A stretch of 64,000 nt of DNA from Chitinophagaceae bacterium. Lineage in GTDB: Bacteria > Bacteroidota > Bacteroidia > Chitinophagales > Chitinophagaceae. The translations under genes were made by a program, and so were the position numbers. Under the pieces are notes generated by a model, which searched no databases, was not told where the DNA came from, and was given only the letters and a program-made list of their open reading frames with translations. The number at the start of each line of letters is the position of its first letter. The stretch's first letter is position 1. The stretch is from NCBI GenBank assembly GCA_020437365.1, contig JAGQWM010000004.1, forward strand, positions 3,568 to 67,567. The letters are read 5' to 3'. Below, piece by piece: positions 48,122 through 58,411 of the stretch.

Positions 48122-48898
48122 TCAGGCAATTGATGCAGGTTCATTTTGTTTTTTCAAAAATTTATGCAGAATAGCATTAAATTCTTCAGGAACTTCCATC
48201 ATAGGTGCATGACCACATTTATCTATAAATTGTAATTCGCTGTTCGGGATGAGTTTATTAAATTCTTTGGCAACAAAAGGTGGCGTAATAGTGTCATTAT
48301 TGCCCCATACCAGTAAAGTGGGTTGTTGTATTTGGTTCAGTTCTTCACCGAGGTTATTGCGAATAGCACTTTTGGCTAGTGCAATAATCTTGATGGCTTT
48401 AATTCGGTTATTGGTAATACTGTACACTTCATCTACCAATTCCTTAGTAGCAATGGCCGGGTCATAAAAAGTAAGTTCTGTTTTTTTCTTGATATATTCG
48501 TAATCTCCTCTTTTGGGATAACTGTCGCCCATACCATTTTCGAATAATCCGGAACTACCGGTAAGTATCAATGATTTGATTCGTTCAGGATGTTTGAGTG
48601 TATGAATTAAAGCTACATGCCCGCCCAATGAATTGCCCAGTAAGTGCACCCCATTGTAATCTTTTTTTTCGAGGAACTTATGGACATATTTGGCCAGGCC
48701 ACCTACGGTTGTATTCAGAATATCCATATCGAGCAATGGTAACAAAGGCACAATTACTTTATTGTATTGTTTAAAATATTCTACCAATGAATGAAAATTA
48801 CTCAAGGCACCAAACAATCCATGTAGCAATACTAAAGGTTCCCCTTCGCCTTCTTCTACATAACTGAATTTATCGTATTTCTTTATTTCGTATTCCAT
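48122..48898 (-). CDS. Alpha/beta fold hydrolase
   Basis: LVLLHGLFG, LGNSLGG nucleophile elbow, WGNNDTITP, CGHAPMME; TATCTTTG at 49000-49007 on the minus strand. Confidence 0.93.
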   Translation of the reverse strand: MEYEIKKYDKFSYVEEGEGEPLVLLHGLFGALSNFHSLVEYFKQYNKVIVPLLPLLDMDILNTTVGGLAKYVHKFLEKKDYNGVHLLGNSLGGHVALIHTLKHPERIKSLILTGSSGLFENGMGDSYPKRGDYEYIKKKTELTFYDPAIATKELVDEVYSITNNRIKAIKIIALAKSAIRNNLGEELNQIQQPTLLVWGNNDTITPPFVAKEFNKLIPNSELQFIDKCGHAPMMEVPEEFNAILHKFLKKQNEPASIA

Positions 48899-49082
48899 GT
48901 TTTCTGTTCCCGGACGGAAAAGTTTTTTAAATCTTTTTTAACGATATACAATAATAAATGATTTATCATAAAAAACACAGTTCCTTTCCTTCTACCTTAC
49001 AAAGATAAGTGTCAAAGGGGTTCTTTTGAAAGTAGATTTCAACGCTTTGTATATCCGGGAAAATAATATACTTGAAATCGGG

Positions 49083-49637
49083 CTAAATAAAAAATAGAAT
49101 CACAGACATCCTGGTAGCCAATCCGCCAAAAAATTCTTTCAACTCGCCGAACATATTTTTAAATATCGGGATAATAACACCCATACCGTCCATTACTGAC
49201 GGTCCCCAGGGTTGAATAAAGGAATAGATTTTTGACGTGGCAATGGTGTCGGCCGGCAAAAGTTTGGATTGTTCGGCATAGAACAAAACAATGCTAAACC
49301 CAATGGAATATATTATAGCAAAAAATAAGATACCACCCAATTTGTTCAACCATCCCAACATAGCGAATTGAATGGTTTTCTCTATGGCTTTGGCCCCAAT
49401 CCGGATTAGCAAAACCACTACAATAAATACGAGGATAAAGGATAAAACCGGCAGCCATTCACCATCGAGGTGTAACTGATGATGTAAAAAACCTGCCATA
49501 ACAACCGATAATTTCATGGCGGCTGCCAAACCAATGATACCCGCCAGTAATGAAAATAATCCGACAATAAGGCCTCGTCGGTAACCTCTCCAAACGGCGT
49601 AAAAAAGATTTAAAATAAAGAGGGCGTCTAAAATCAT
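49083..49637 (-). CDS. cvpA: CvpA family membrane protein
   Basis: GYRRGLI, GIIGLAAA, LGWLNKLGGILF, SKIY. Confidence 0.88.
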   Translation of the reverse strand: MILDALFILNLFYAVWRGYRRGLIVGLFSLLAGIIGLAAAMKLSVVMAGFLHHQLHLDGEWLPVLSFILVFIVVVLLIRIGAKAIEKTIQFAMLGWLNKLGGILFFAIIYSIGFSIVLFYAEQSKLLPADTIATSKIYSFIQPWGPSVMDGMGVIIPIFKNMFGELKEFFGGLATRMSVILFFI

Positions 49638-49688
49638 TTATTATATGATAGTTAACGAATGTTTGTACTAAGAAGTATCAACATGCTG

Positions 49689-50147
49689 TTAATCCTGTCC
49701 GGATAATAAGGTTCTGACTTGCGTAGAAATTTCTTTTCCATCGGCTTTGCCGAGCAATTGCTTAGTGGCAATACCCATCACTTTTCCCATATCGGCCATT
49801 GACGACGCACCCAAGTCGTTGATAATTTTTTGTACTACAGTTTTTATTTCTTCGGCAGTCATTTGTTGCGGCAGAAATTTTTCAATCACTTCAATTTCTT
49901 CTTTTTCTTTGGTAGCCAGGTCATCTCTTTTTTGCTCGGTATAAATGGACAAAGAATCTTTTCTTTGCTTAACCAGCTTTTGCAGAATCTTCATTTCATC
50001 ATCTGCACTCAATTGGCCTTTGGCACCGGCCGCAGTTTTGGCTTCCATAAAAGCCGCTTTGATGGCTCTCAAGCTACGCAAGGATGCTTCGTCTTTAGCA
50101 ATCATGGCCTCTTTCAGGGCTTTGACAATTTGGGGTTCAACACTCAT
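49689..50147 (-). CDS. GatB/YqeY domain protein
   Basis: KEAMIAKD, KLVKQRKDSL, E.EVIEKFLPQQM, DMGKVMG, GKADG. Confidence 0.93.
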   Translation of the reverse strand: MSVEPQIVKALKEAMIAKDEASLRSLRAIKAAFMEAKTAAGAKGQLSADDEMKILQKLVKQRKDSLSIYTEQKRDDLATKEKEEIEVIEKFLPQQMTAEEIKTVVQKIINDLGASSMADMGKVMGIATKQLLGKADGKEISTQVRTLLSGQD

Positions 50148-50157
50148 CTTTATTTTT

Positions 50158-50508
50158 TTAATTGGCTTTGTTGTCTTTCAATTGGCGGGATTTGAATTTT
50201 TCATAAAAATCTTTGGCAAAAGATTTCATTTCTTCTCCCTGGTCTTCATATTTTGTAGCACGGCTGTAGGTATCAGCCATGGTCATCATTGTTTGATAAA
50301 AAAAATCGGCCATTTCATCAACCATCATGTCTTTGGTCCAAAGGTCGATGCGCAGTGCTGCTTTTTCAGCTCCATCCCAAAAAGATACCATCATGGCTTT
50401 CGCTTGTTGCTCTTTGGCCGAGCCGGTATCTGTTGCCTGCCAGGAAATGCTTTGCGGCACCCGGTTTTCATCTGTTGTAACCTGAATATTGATTGAAGAT
50501 TTTTTCAT
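50158..50508 (-). CDS. gldC: Gliding motility protein GldC
   Basis: INIQVTTDENRVPQSISWQATD, AKAMMVSFWD, ALRIDLWTKDMMVDEM; TACCTTTG at 50532-50539 on the minus strand. Confidence 0.9.
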   Translation of the reverse strand: MKKSSINIQVTTDENRVPQSISWQATDTGSAKEQQAKAMMVSFWDGAEKAALRIDLWTKDMMVDEMADFFYQTMMTMADTYSRATKYEDQGEEMKSFAKDFYEKFKSRQLKDNKAN

Positions 50509-50546
50509 AATGCTTTTCTGTAAATTGTGTGCAAAGGTAGTTGAAA

Positions 50547-51671
50547 TTAACCGACCGCATGTTGTAGCAATCCCCATAGATTCGACAAGTCCGCCTCGGC
50601 TTGTCGCTTGTGTAGCTGCTCCAATCCTTTTTGCACTTGTACTGCCTTCAGCGATTCATCTTTATAAAGCAACATCATTTTATCAGCCAAAGCCGTATAT
50701 GCCATCTCATCGGCATATAATGCAGCAGCGCCGGCCAATTCTTTGTTTATGGTTGTTGGATAAGCCATCAGCGGCACTGCCATTTGCATAGCTTCGAGTA
50801 GAAAAGGAGAATGTATTTCGGCCTGCACAGGATATACAATTCCATAGGCGGCACTTATCCATTTTTGCATGTCACCAACGGATGGATTTATTTTCAGCAA
50901 TACATCATTTCTATATTTATAAGTACTAAAAATTTTTTTGAAGGACTGTATTGTTTCGCAGTTTTGCAAAACCAACAGTAATTTCATGCCAGATAATTGA
51001 CGTTTTTTAAAAACTGAATAGGTTTTCAGGATGTCAATCAGTAATGCGTCATTGTAATAAGCAGCCACGACCATAAAATATTCTTTATGCTGTGTCAACT
51101 CATTTTTAATTTTCATTTTTTCATTAATGTCCACCGGAGAAAAAGAAGCATCAACCAAGGGTTGAATGACATGAATTTTCGAAGTTGGAATCTGCATTTG
51201 TTGTTCGAGCACCGATTGTAAGTAATGCGTCGTAACAATAATTGCGTTGGCTTTTGCAAGATTTTTTTGCAGCAGTTTTTTACTGCCGGAAATTTTCCTT
51301 TTTTTAACTCCCAATTCTTTTTCAAGAAAAGATAAATCATTCAACCAGAGTAAAAGCGGAATGGCAAAACGATAATAAAATCCATCGAATGACGCCAACA
51401 TTATATCCGGTTTTTCCCGGCGAATAATTTGTTGTACCGCACGGTGGTGCCAATTTTTTTTTGACAAAACAAAACGGGGCGGCTTGTTCAATTCAATTAC
51501 TGTACAGTTGCCTGGCCATTCAAATTGATGCATTGTCAACGCCTCGCCAATCAATATAAATTGATGATTCGTTTCTTTCCCGGCCAGCATCTTTATTTGC
51601 TGACAGATGGTATGTAGCGGCACCCGGAATTTTTCCGATAAATATCCTCCTGTATAAATAGCCAGTTTCAT
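50547..51671 (-). CDS. Divergent GT-B (family 4-like) glycosyltransferase
   Basis: ANAIIVTT..., VYPVQAE...PFLLEAMQMAVP...ELAGAAALY. Start MKLAIY at 51671; TACCTTTG at 51681-51688 on the minus strand. Confidence 0.75.
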   Translation of the reverse strand: MKLAIYTGGYLSEKFRVPLHTICQQIKMLAGKETNHQFILIGEALTMHQFEWPGNCTVIELNKPPRFVLSKKNWHHRAVQQIIRREKPDIMLASFDGFYYRFAIPLLLWLNDLSFLEKELGVKKRKISGSKKLLQKNLAKANAIIVTTHYLQSVLEQQMQIPTSKIHVIQPLVDASFSPVDINEKMKIKNELTQHKEYFMVVAAYYNDALLIDILKTYSVFKKRQLSGMKLLLVLQNCETIQSFKKIFSTYKYRNDVLLKINPSVGDMQKWISAAYGIVYPVQAEIHSPFLLEAMQMAVPLMAYPTTINKELAGAAALYADEMAYTALADKMMLLYKDESLKAVQVQKGLEQLHKRQAEADLSNLWGLLQHAVG

Positions 51672-51926
51672 ATTCGTGTGCAAAGGTATTGTTTGCATCA
51701 AATACTTAGTAAATCGGCGCAGCCCAAAAAAAATATGCTTGTGATAAATTCAAGAACTACGACTACAAATTACGGTACAATAAAAGTAGTCTGACTTGCA
51801 TAACTACTGTGGATAAAAACCAAAATCAACGTAATAAATTCTGGCATTTTTACAATTGTTTTCGATGTATTGATGTATTACATTTATACAGTGAAAACAT
51901 TACCCTAACGTTTAAAATGCAACCCT

Positions 51927-53129
51927 ATGAAACAACTATACAACCGCATTTTGCCCGGTGTATTCATTTGCATTTTCCTAATAGCTGCCGGGCAAAAAAC
52001 TTTAGCGCAATGTCCCTATGGTTTTCCTTCGGGACAAGTAGCGTATGATACCAGTATTGCAACGCCGCCGGGGATTAATACTTTATATGTCAAATTTCCG
52101 CAGGCCGACCCGGCTGATGGTTACCTCACATGTTTGCAAATATGTATTTCTATTACCGGCGTTGTAGATTCTGTGAGTGTTGAAAACAATTCAGCGACTT
52201 CTCAAACTGCAAATATTTATTACACTCGTTCTGACCAAATCAGTGGGCCGGGATTGAGTAGCCCCTTGACCAATAGCATCAATCATCATTACGGACCGTA
52301 CAACCTGGGTGGCACAGCTCCGCCGTTGGGCGCCGGGCCCGATTTTATTGCCATTTCGCATGATACTTTGCTGAATGCCGTTACAACTTGTGCTTTGATT
52401 AATAACCCGGATTCTTTATTCCAGTTTTATGGTACGGACAGCGTCACTTATTTGTATGATATTTCTGCATTTACAAATGTTACTTGCACCGGAGGCAATT
52501 ATAATAGTACCGTGGCCACTTCGGCTGTTGTACGATTTCAATTTAAATATTGTACTTGCCCGGGATTGATTTTGCCCTTGACAATAGGCAGTTTTAAAGT
52601 AGATAAAATAGCTGATAACAAAGCGAATCTCAGCTGGACCGACCAGCAAAATGCAGAGCAATCACCGGTACGATACGAAGTAGAAATGAGCCGCAATGCT
52701 ATTAATTTTACTTCTGTCGGGGAAGTACTGGCAAATCAACAGGCAGGCACACCTTATCAATTTCCGTTTACAACTTCGGTTCATGAATCCGGTATATTTT
52801 ATTTTAGAATTCGCCAGGTGTATGCCAATGGATACAGTCGATTTTCGGCCATACGGAGTGTTACTTTGAAAAATTCCGATGCACCTGCTTTTATTTTATT
52901 CCCTAACCCCTCCAGCGGCGAAATTGGAATCAAATTTGCATATCCACAAAATGACCGAAAGCGAATAACCATATTCAACGCACAATCACAAAAAGTTTTG
53001 GACAAAACTTATTTAACAACAGGCACCGTCTTAAAAATACCCACAAATTTACCGGGCGGCATTTATTGGATTCGGATAAGCGATGAAGGTCAAAAATATA
53101 GTAGCGTCAATCAACTTTATATTCAATGA
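51927..53129 (+). CDS. T9SS type A sorting domain protein (Cys-rich N-terminal domain, Ig-like domain, CTD)
   Basis: Signal peptide; LPLTIGSF...NLSW...YEVEMS...YYFRIRQV.ANG..RFS Ig domain; CTD LFPNPSSG...LPGGIYWIRI...QLYIQ. Confidence 0.9.
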   Translation: MKQLYNRILPGVFICIFLIAAGQKTLAQCPYGFPSGQVAYDTSIATPPGINTLYVKFPQADPADGYLTCLQICISITGVVDSVSVENNSATSQTANIYYTRSDQISGPGLSSPLTNSINHHYGPYNLGGTAPPLGAGPDFIAISHDTLLNAVTTCALINNPDSLFQFYGTDSVTYLYDISAFTNVTCTGGNYNSTVATSAVVRFQFKYCTCPGLILPLTIGSFKVDKIADNKANLSWTDQQNAEQSPVRYEVEMSRNAINFTSVGEVLANQQAGTPYQFPFTTSVHESGIFYFRIRQVYANGYSRFSAIRSVTLKNSDAPAFILFPNPSSGEIGIKFAYPQNDRKRITIFNAQSQKVLDKTYLTTGTVLKIPTNLPGGIYWIRISDEGQKYSSVNQLYIQ

Positions 53130-53160
53130 CCTCTTGGTGGAAGAGGATGGTGGCTTGTAA

Positions 53161-53192
53161 AAGGGGGTCTATTCTTAGGCCCCTTTCTTTTT
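53161..53192 (+). terminator. Terminator after the T9SS cargo gene
   Basis: AAGGGGGTCT-ATTCTT-AGGCCCCTTT followed by CTTTTT. Confidence 0.75.
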
Positions 53193-53266
53193 GTGAAAGC
53201 TTCATGGCAAACTTGTAAACTCGTCAACTCTTCATTACATTTGCTCTTTACGAACGAAACATCACA

Positions 53267-53923
53267 ATGGAATATAATACAACCAGGAATCATCTTACCA
53301 TGCGGGAATATGGCCGTCATGTACAAAAGATGGTTGAACATATCTTAAAAATTGAAGATCCCGAACGCCGGCAAAGAAATGCACAAGCCGTCATTGAACT
53401 CATGGGTTTTTTGAATCCACATTTGAAAAATGTAGAAGATTTTAAACATAAACTTTGGGACCATCTTTTTTTAATCGCCGATTTTTCACTTGACGTAGAT
53501 TCTCCTTATCCGATTCCGACAAAAGAAACCCTGAAAGCAAAACCAGCACCTTTGCCTTACCCCAATTCCAATCCTAAATATTTACACCTCGGTAAAAATT
53601 TAGAAAAAATAATTGACAAGGCCTTGCAAGAAGAAGATGCCGATAAAAAACTTGGCCTTTCCAATTCCATCGCTTACTATATGAAACTGGCGTATAACAA
53701 CTGGCACAAAGAACTGGTACATGATGAAGCCATTCAAAGCGAAATGAATACATTGACTGACGGTCAACTCACATTCACCAACACGCCTTATGTAAAAGCG
53801 TATCGTTCACAACAGGACAATAACAGAAACGGAAGAAGAGATAACCGCTCTAATAACAGGCGTGATAATCGTGGCGGCCGCCGTGGCAAAACCGGAAACA
53901 ACTATAAGAAAAAAAGATATTAA
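53267..53923 (+). CDS. DUF4290 domain protein
   Basis: MEYNTTR.HL..REYGRHVQKMV, KLWDHLF, YMKLAY..W; basic R/N tail; TACATTTG at 53236-53243. Confidence 0.88.
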   Translation: MEYNTTRNHLTMREYGRHVQKMVEHILKIEDPERRQRNAQAVIELMGFLNPHLKNVEDFKHKLWDHLFLIADFSLDVDSPYPIPTKETLKAKPAPLPYPNSNPKYLHLGKNLEKIIDKALQEEDADKKLGLSNSIAYYMKLAYNNWHKELVHDEAIQSEMNTLTDGQLTFTNTPYVKAYRSQQDNNRNGRRDNRSNNRRDNRGGRRGKTGNNYKKKRY

Positions 53924-54064
53924 TTGTCTTTGCATTTACATTGATTCTTTCTATTGTAGAACAAGGTTTTCCGTATCGATGTTGTCAGTCTTTTTTAATT
54001 TTTCATCAATCTGTTTATCTTTCAACACCATAATATCATCCGGTTTTAAAAAAATCAATTTATC

Positions 54065-55372
54065 ATGCATTCATTTGAAGTAAATGGTGGTAAAAAATTA
54101 AAGGGAACAATCACTCCGCAAGGTGCCAAAAACGAAGCCTTACAGGTTATCAGTGCCATATTATTGACACCGGAAGAAATAACCATTCACAATATTCCGG
54201 ATATTTTGGATGTAAACCTGCTCATCGACATTCTGAAAGACATGTCCGTGAAAGTAGAACGGCTGAGCCGAAATAGTTGTCGCTTCCAAGCCGATGATAT
54301 CAATATTGATTACCTCCATAGTGATGCATTTAAAAAAAAGAGTAGCAAACTGCGAGGCGTTGTCATGTTTGCCGGCCCTACATTGGCAAGATTCAAAAAA
54401 GCATTTATTCCCAAACCCGGTGGCGATAAAATTGGCCGCCGAAGATTGGATACACATATTGTCGGTTTTGAAAAACTCGGTGCCCGCATCGATAATTTAC
54501 AAGATGGGTTTATGCAACTCTCGGCATCGGAATTAACAGGCGTGGATTTGATGCTGGACGAACCCTCTGTAACCGGTACAGCTAATATGATTATGGCGGC
54601 TTCGCTGGCCAAAGGGAAAACGACAATTTACAATGCGGCTTGCGAACCGTATGTACAACAACTTTGCCTGCTTATCAATAATATGGGTGGAAAAATTTCC
54701 GGGATTGGCAGCAATTTACTGACCATTGAAGGTGTAAATAACTTAAAAAGTACAACGCATCATATTTTACCCGATATGATTGAAGTAGGTTCTTTCATCG
54801 GGCTGGCAGCCATGACGCAAAGTGAATTAACCATTCAACATGCAGGCGTGCAACATCTCGGTATCATTCCGCAAAAATTTCAACAATTAGGAATCGAACT
54901 CACAATCAAAGACGATTCAATTTATATACCGGCACAGGAGCACTATGAAATTCAAACTTTCATGGACGGTTCCGTTATGACCATTTACGACCATCCCTGG
55001 CCGGGTTTTACACCCGATTTATTGAGTATTGTTTTGGTGACCGCCATCCAGGCCAAAGGCTCCATCCTGGTGCACCAGAAAATGTTTGAAAGCCGATTGT
55101 TTTTTGTCGATAAACTCATCGATATGGGAGCACAAATTGTCCTTTGCGATCCCCATCGAGCCGTTGTTATCGGGCTGGATAGAAAACAAAAACTAAGAAA
55201 TATTTCTATGACATCGCCTGACATAAGAGCCGGAGTAGCTTTATTGATTGCGGCATTGAGTGCCGAAGGCAAAAGCATTATTCAAAATATTGAACAAATA
55301 GACAGGGGTTATCAAAATATAGATGAACGATTGAATAAATTAGGTGCCGACATTAAAAGGATTGAAGCATGA
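54065..55372 (+). CDS. murA: UDP-N-acetylglucosamine 1-carboxyvinyltransferase
   Basis: GAKNEAL, PGGDKIGRRRLDTH (Asp-type active site), SVTGTAN, WPGFTPD, MFESR, PDIRAG, IDRGY. Confidence 0.97.
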   Translation: MHSFEVNGGKKLKGTITPQGAKNEALQVISAILLTPEEITIHNIPDILDVNLLIDILKDMSVKVERLSRNSCRFQADDINIDYLHSDAFKKKSSKLRGVVMFAGPTLARFKKAFIPKPGGDKIGRRRLDTHIVGFEKLGARIDNLQDGFMQLSASELTGVDLMLDEPSVTGTANMIMAASLAKGKTTIYNAACEPYVQQLCLLINNMGGKISGIGSNLLTIEGVNNLKSTTHHILPDMIEVGSFIGLAAMTQSELTIQHAGVQHLGIIPQKFQQLGIELTIKDDSIYIPAQEHYEIQTFMDGSVMTIYDHPWPGFTPDLLSIVLVTAIQAKGSILVHQKMFESRLFFVDKLIDMGAQIVLCDPHRAVVIGLDRKQKLRNISMTSPDIRAGVALLIAALSAEGKSIIQNIEQIDRGYQNIDERLNKLGADIKRIEA

Positions 55373-55509
55373 TAAAAAATTCTTGAAAGCTATACCTTGA
55401 ATAAATAGCTTCTACTACATTATAAAAAGTTTACTTCCATTTCAAATATAGATAATGTCCTTCTTACTCGGAGTAGTACTGATAATTGGCTACATTTGCC
55501 CACATAAAA

Positions 55510-56100
55510 ATGGAATCTAATTTAAATAAAAAACTGGTTATTATTGCTGCGCCTTCCGGTGCTGGCAAAACTTCCGTTACCCGTCATTTATTGAAATCGC
55601 TTCCGGAAAAATTGGCATTTTCTATTTCCTGTGCTACCCGTCCACCCCGCAACAATGAAAAAGATAAAGTAGATTATTATTTTATTTCGGCCGATGAATT
55701 CAAAGAAAAAATTGACCGGGATGAATTTGTGGAATGGGAAATGGTGTATGAAGGAAAATACTATGGCACTTTGAAATGGGAATTGGAACGAATCTGGCAA
55801 TTACAAAAATCGCCTTTGCTGGATGTTGATGTGCAAGGTGGCATTCATATTCAACGTTTGTATCCCAAAAACTCTATGTCGCTGTTTATAGAACCTCCTT
55901 CAATTACAGAACTCGAACGCCGATTGAGAAAGAGAGGTTCAGAATCGGCAACTTCTTTACAGGCAAGAATTAACAAAGCCAGTTATGAACTCACATTCAA
56001 AGAACAATTCGACCACCACATCCTGAATGACGATTTGGCCACTGCCTGCGCCGAAGCGGAAGAAAAAGTACGTTCCTTCCTGCAGGCAAATGTATCTTAA
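55510..56100 (+). CDS. gmk: Guanylate kinase
   Basis: AAPSGAGKT, SCATRPPR, DYYF, FVEWEMVYEGKYYGT, DVDVQG. ATG at 55510, downstream of TACATTTG at 55491-55498. Confidence 0.97.
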   Translation: MESNLNKKLVIIAAPSGAGKTSVTRHLLKSLPEKLAFSISCATRPPRNNEKDKVDYYFISADEFKEKIDRDEFVEWEMVYEGKYYGTLKWELERIWQLQKSPLLDVDVQGGIHIQRLYPKNSMSLFIEPPSITELERRLRKRGSESATSLQARINKASYELTFKEQFDHHILNDDLATACAEAEEKVRSFLQANVS

Positions 56101-56142
56101 CTCCTTTTCCAATGTAAAAAACTTCTTATCTATCTTCGCAGT

Positions 56143-57408
56143 ATGGCTGAATGGGTTACGATTGTACTATTATTGCTGTCCTTAATTTTTATGGCATTTT
56201 TTGCAGGTATAGAAATGGCGTATTACAGTGCCAACCGTTTGCAAATTGAAATTAAAAAGAAACAGGAAGGTGTTACCGCAAAACTGCTACATAAATTTTT
56301 GTCGGCGCCGGCCAAATTTATTGGCACTACTCTGATTGGCTATACTTTATTTTTTGTACTCTTTGGATTGCAGACCGGCAACCTGATGTTGAGCCTGGGC
56401 CGGGATTGGCATATTGCTTCTGCCGGTTTGTTGTTGGTCATTGAAATTATACTCGCCACATTTTTTATTTTAATTTTTGCCGATTTGATTCCCAGGGCTT
56501 TTTTCAGAGCCAACAGCAATAGTTGGTTGGAAAAACTATCGCCGGTTACTAATTTCTTTTATCAAATTTTTTATCCCTTGGCCAACGGTTGTATCCTGCT
56601 GGCATCCTGGATTTTAAAATATATTTTCAATATCCGTTTAGATAAAAATAAAGAGCCCATTACCCGCAGCGACCTCAAACATTTATTTCAAATGACAGAG
56701 GAAGACGAACGCCAGGAACGGAATACGCAGCTCATGGAAAATGCACAAGAGTTGCCCAATATCAAAATCAGGCAATGCCTGGTACCGAGAAAAGAAATCG
56801 TTGGTATCGAAGCCGGGGCTACTATGGAAGAGCTGACACAAAAATTTATTACCACCAAACTCAGCAAACTCATTGTCTATAAAGAAAACATTGACCAGAT
56901 AATCGGTTACGTTCACCAGTTAGCCATGTTCAAAAAACCAACAGATATTCAATCTATTCTTTTACCTATTCCGGCCGTTCCGGAAAGTATGACCGCCACC
57001 AGCCTGATCAATAAATTTACCCGCAATAGAAAAAGTATTGCCTGGGTTGTAGATGAATTTGGCGGCACTGCCGGCATCATCACATTGGAAGACGTATTGG
57101 AAGAACTCTTTGGCGAAATACAGGATGAATATGATACCGAAGAATTTATTGACAAACAAATTGCCGCCAATGAATTTATGTTTTCGGGCCGATTAGAACT
57201 CGATTTCCTCAGTGAAAAATATGGTTTCGAATTTGACACCGATACATCGGAAACTCTTTCCGGCTATATCATCAATCATCATGAAAAAATCCCCAGTAAT
57301 AAAGAACGTATTATTATTGATGATTTTGAATTTGATATTTTGCATGTCAGCGATACAAGAATAGAAATGGTAAAAATGAAATGGCTGAACCAAAAAAATA
57401 AATCTTAA
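56143..57408 (+). CDS. HlyC/CorC (CNNM, hemolysin-family) transporter
   Basis: FFAGIEMA, DUF21 TM region, CBS pair (VDEFGGTAGIITLEDVLEELFGEIQDEYD), CorC-type tail. Confidence 0.93.
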   Translation: MAEWVTIVLLLLSLIFMAFFAGIEMAYYSANRLQIEIKKKQEGVTAKLLHKFLSAPAKFIGTTLIGYTLFFVLFGLQTGNLMLSLGRDWHIASAGLLLVIEIILATFFILIFADLIPRAFFRANSNSWLEKLSPVTNFFYQIFYPLANGCILLASWILKYIFNIRLDKNKEPITRSDLKHLFQMTEEDERQERNTQLMENAQELPNIKIRQCLVPRKEIVGIEAGATMEELTQKFITTKLSKLIVYKENIDQIIGYVHQLAMFKKPTDIQSILLPIPAVPESMTATSLINKFTRNRKSIAWVVDEFGGTAGIITLEDVLEELFGEIQDEYDTEEFIDKQIAANEFMFSGRLELDFLSEKYGFEFDTDTSETLSGYIINHHEKIPSNKERIIIDDFEFDILHVSDTRIEMVKMKWLNQKNKS

Positions 57409-57449
57409 AAAAGCCAATCTCCTACCTTTACGAAACTGTAATAACGAAC

Positions 57450-58304
57450 ATGGCATTACTCGATTTTTTTAATAAACGCAATAAGAATCCGGAAGCGGAA
57501 ATGTCGTTTATCGATCACCTGGAAGATTTGCGTTGGCATATCATCCGGTCGGTCATTGCCGTAGTGATAGGTGCAATCATTGTTTTTTGTTTTGCCAATT
57601 TCGTGGTTGATAAAATTTTATTTGCACCCACCCGAACTGATTTTATTTCTGCCCGCTGGCTGTGTTTGCTGGGACATAAGATCGGCATTGGCGATACCCT
57701 ATGTTTTCAACAAGTTGATGTCAAATTTTTGGAAACAACTATGACCGGGCAATTCATTGCATCATTTACCCTGGCGTTTATCGGTGGTTTTATCATAGCT
57801 TTTCCGTATGTATTTTGGGAGTTCTGGCGATTTTTGCGGCCTGCTTTATCCGAAAAAGAATTGAAACGAACCCGGGGCATCATTTTTTGGGTATCGGCAT
57901 TGTTTTTTCTCGGCGTGGCATTCGGTTATTTTATCCTGACACCGTTTATGGTTAATTTTTATTTTAACTATAAACTGAGTTCGCAGATTACTATCATGCC
58001 TACTTTTTCAGATTATTTAGAAAATTTGATTTATACCACTGTAGGAATCGGCGTTTTATTTCAAATGCCATTGTTGGTTATGTTGCTTGCAAAGATTGGT
58101 ATCATCACGGCAAAATTCCTGAAGAAATACCGGCGGCATGCATTTGTTATTATATTGATTGCTGCGGCTATCATTACACCTTCTACCGATCCATTTAGCT
58201 TGACCATCGTCACCATACCTTTATACTTATTGTATGAAGCGAGTATAATGATTGCTTCCCGTATCAATAAAAATCAAAAAAAGGAAGAAGAAGAATGGAG
58301 TTAA
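57450..58304 (+). CDS. tatC: Twin-arginine translocase subunit TatC
   Basis: EMSFIDHLEDLRW, FWRFLRPAL, FQMP, RRHA, ITPSTDP, LYEASI. Confidence 0.96.
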   Translation: MALLDFFNKRNKNPEAEMSFIDHLEDLRWHIIRSVIAVVIGAIIVFCFANFVVDKILFAPTRTDFISARWLCLLGHKIGIGDTLCFQQVDVKFLETTMTGQFIASFTLAFIGGFIIAFPYVFWEFWRFLRPALSEKELKRTRGIIFWVSALFFLGVAFGYFILTPFMVNFYFNYKLSSQITIMPTFSDYLENLIYTTVGIGVLFQMPLLVMLLAKIGIITAKFLKKYRRHAFVIILIAAAIITPSTDPFSLTIVTIPLYLLYEASIMIASRINKNQKKEEEEWS

Positions 58305-58411
58305 TAAACCGTAAGTTGACGAAACGGTAATTAATCGTCAGAAGTTTTGTAACTTTAGAATAACTATTTCAAAAAACTAATCTTGTTTCTTAAACTTTAA
58401 TGAATGTAATT

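Noticed and set aside
50583-50606. CGACAAG-N10-CTTGTCG inverted repeat near the end of the glycosyltransferase
   Set aside because: Partly resembles a TTCGACAAGCTC-type repeat, but has only a 7-bp stem and no evidence of a clean insertion; could be chance
51808-51816. Isolated DnaA box (TGTGGATAA)
   Set aside because: Single copy with no supporting context; expected by chance in 64 kb
53800-53923. RRDNR-type repeats in the DUF4290 tail
   Set aside because: Ordinary low-complexity basic tail, not a DNA repeat array
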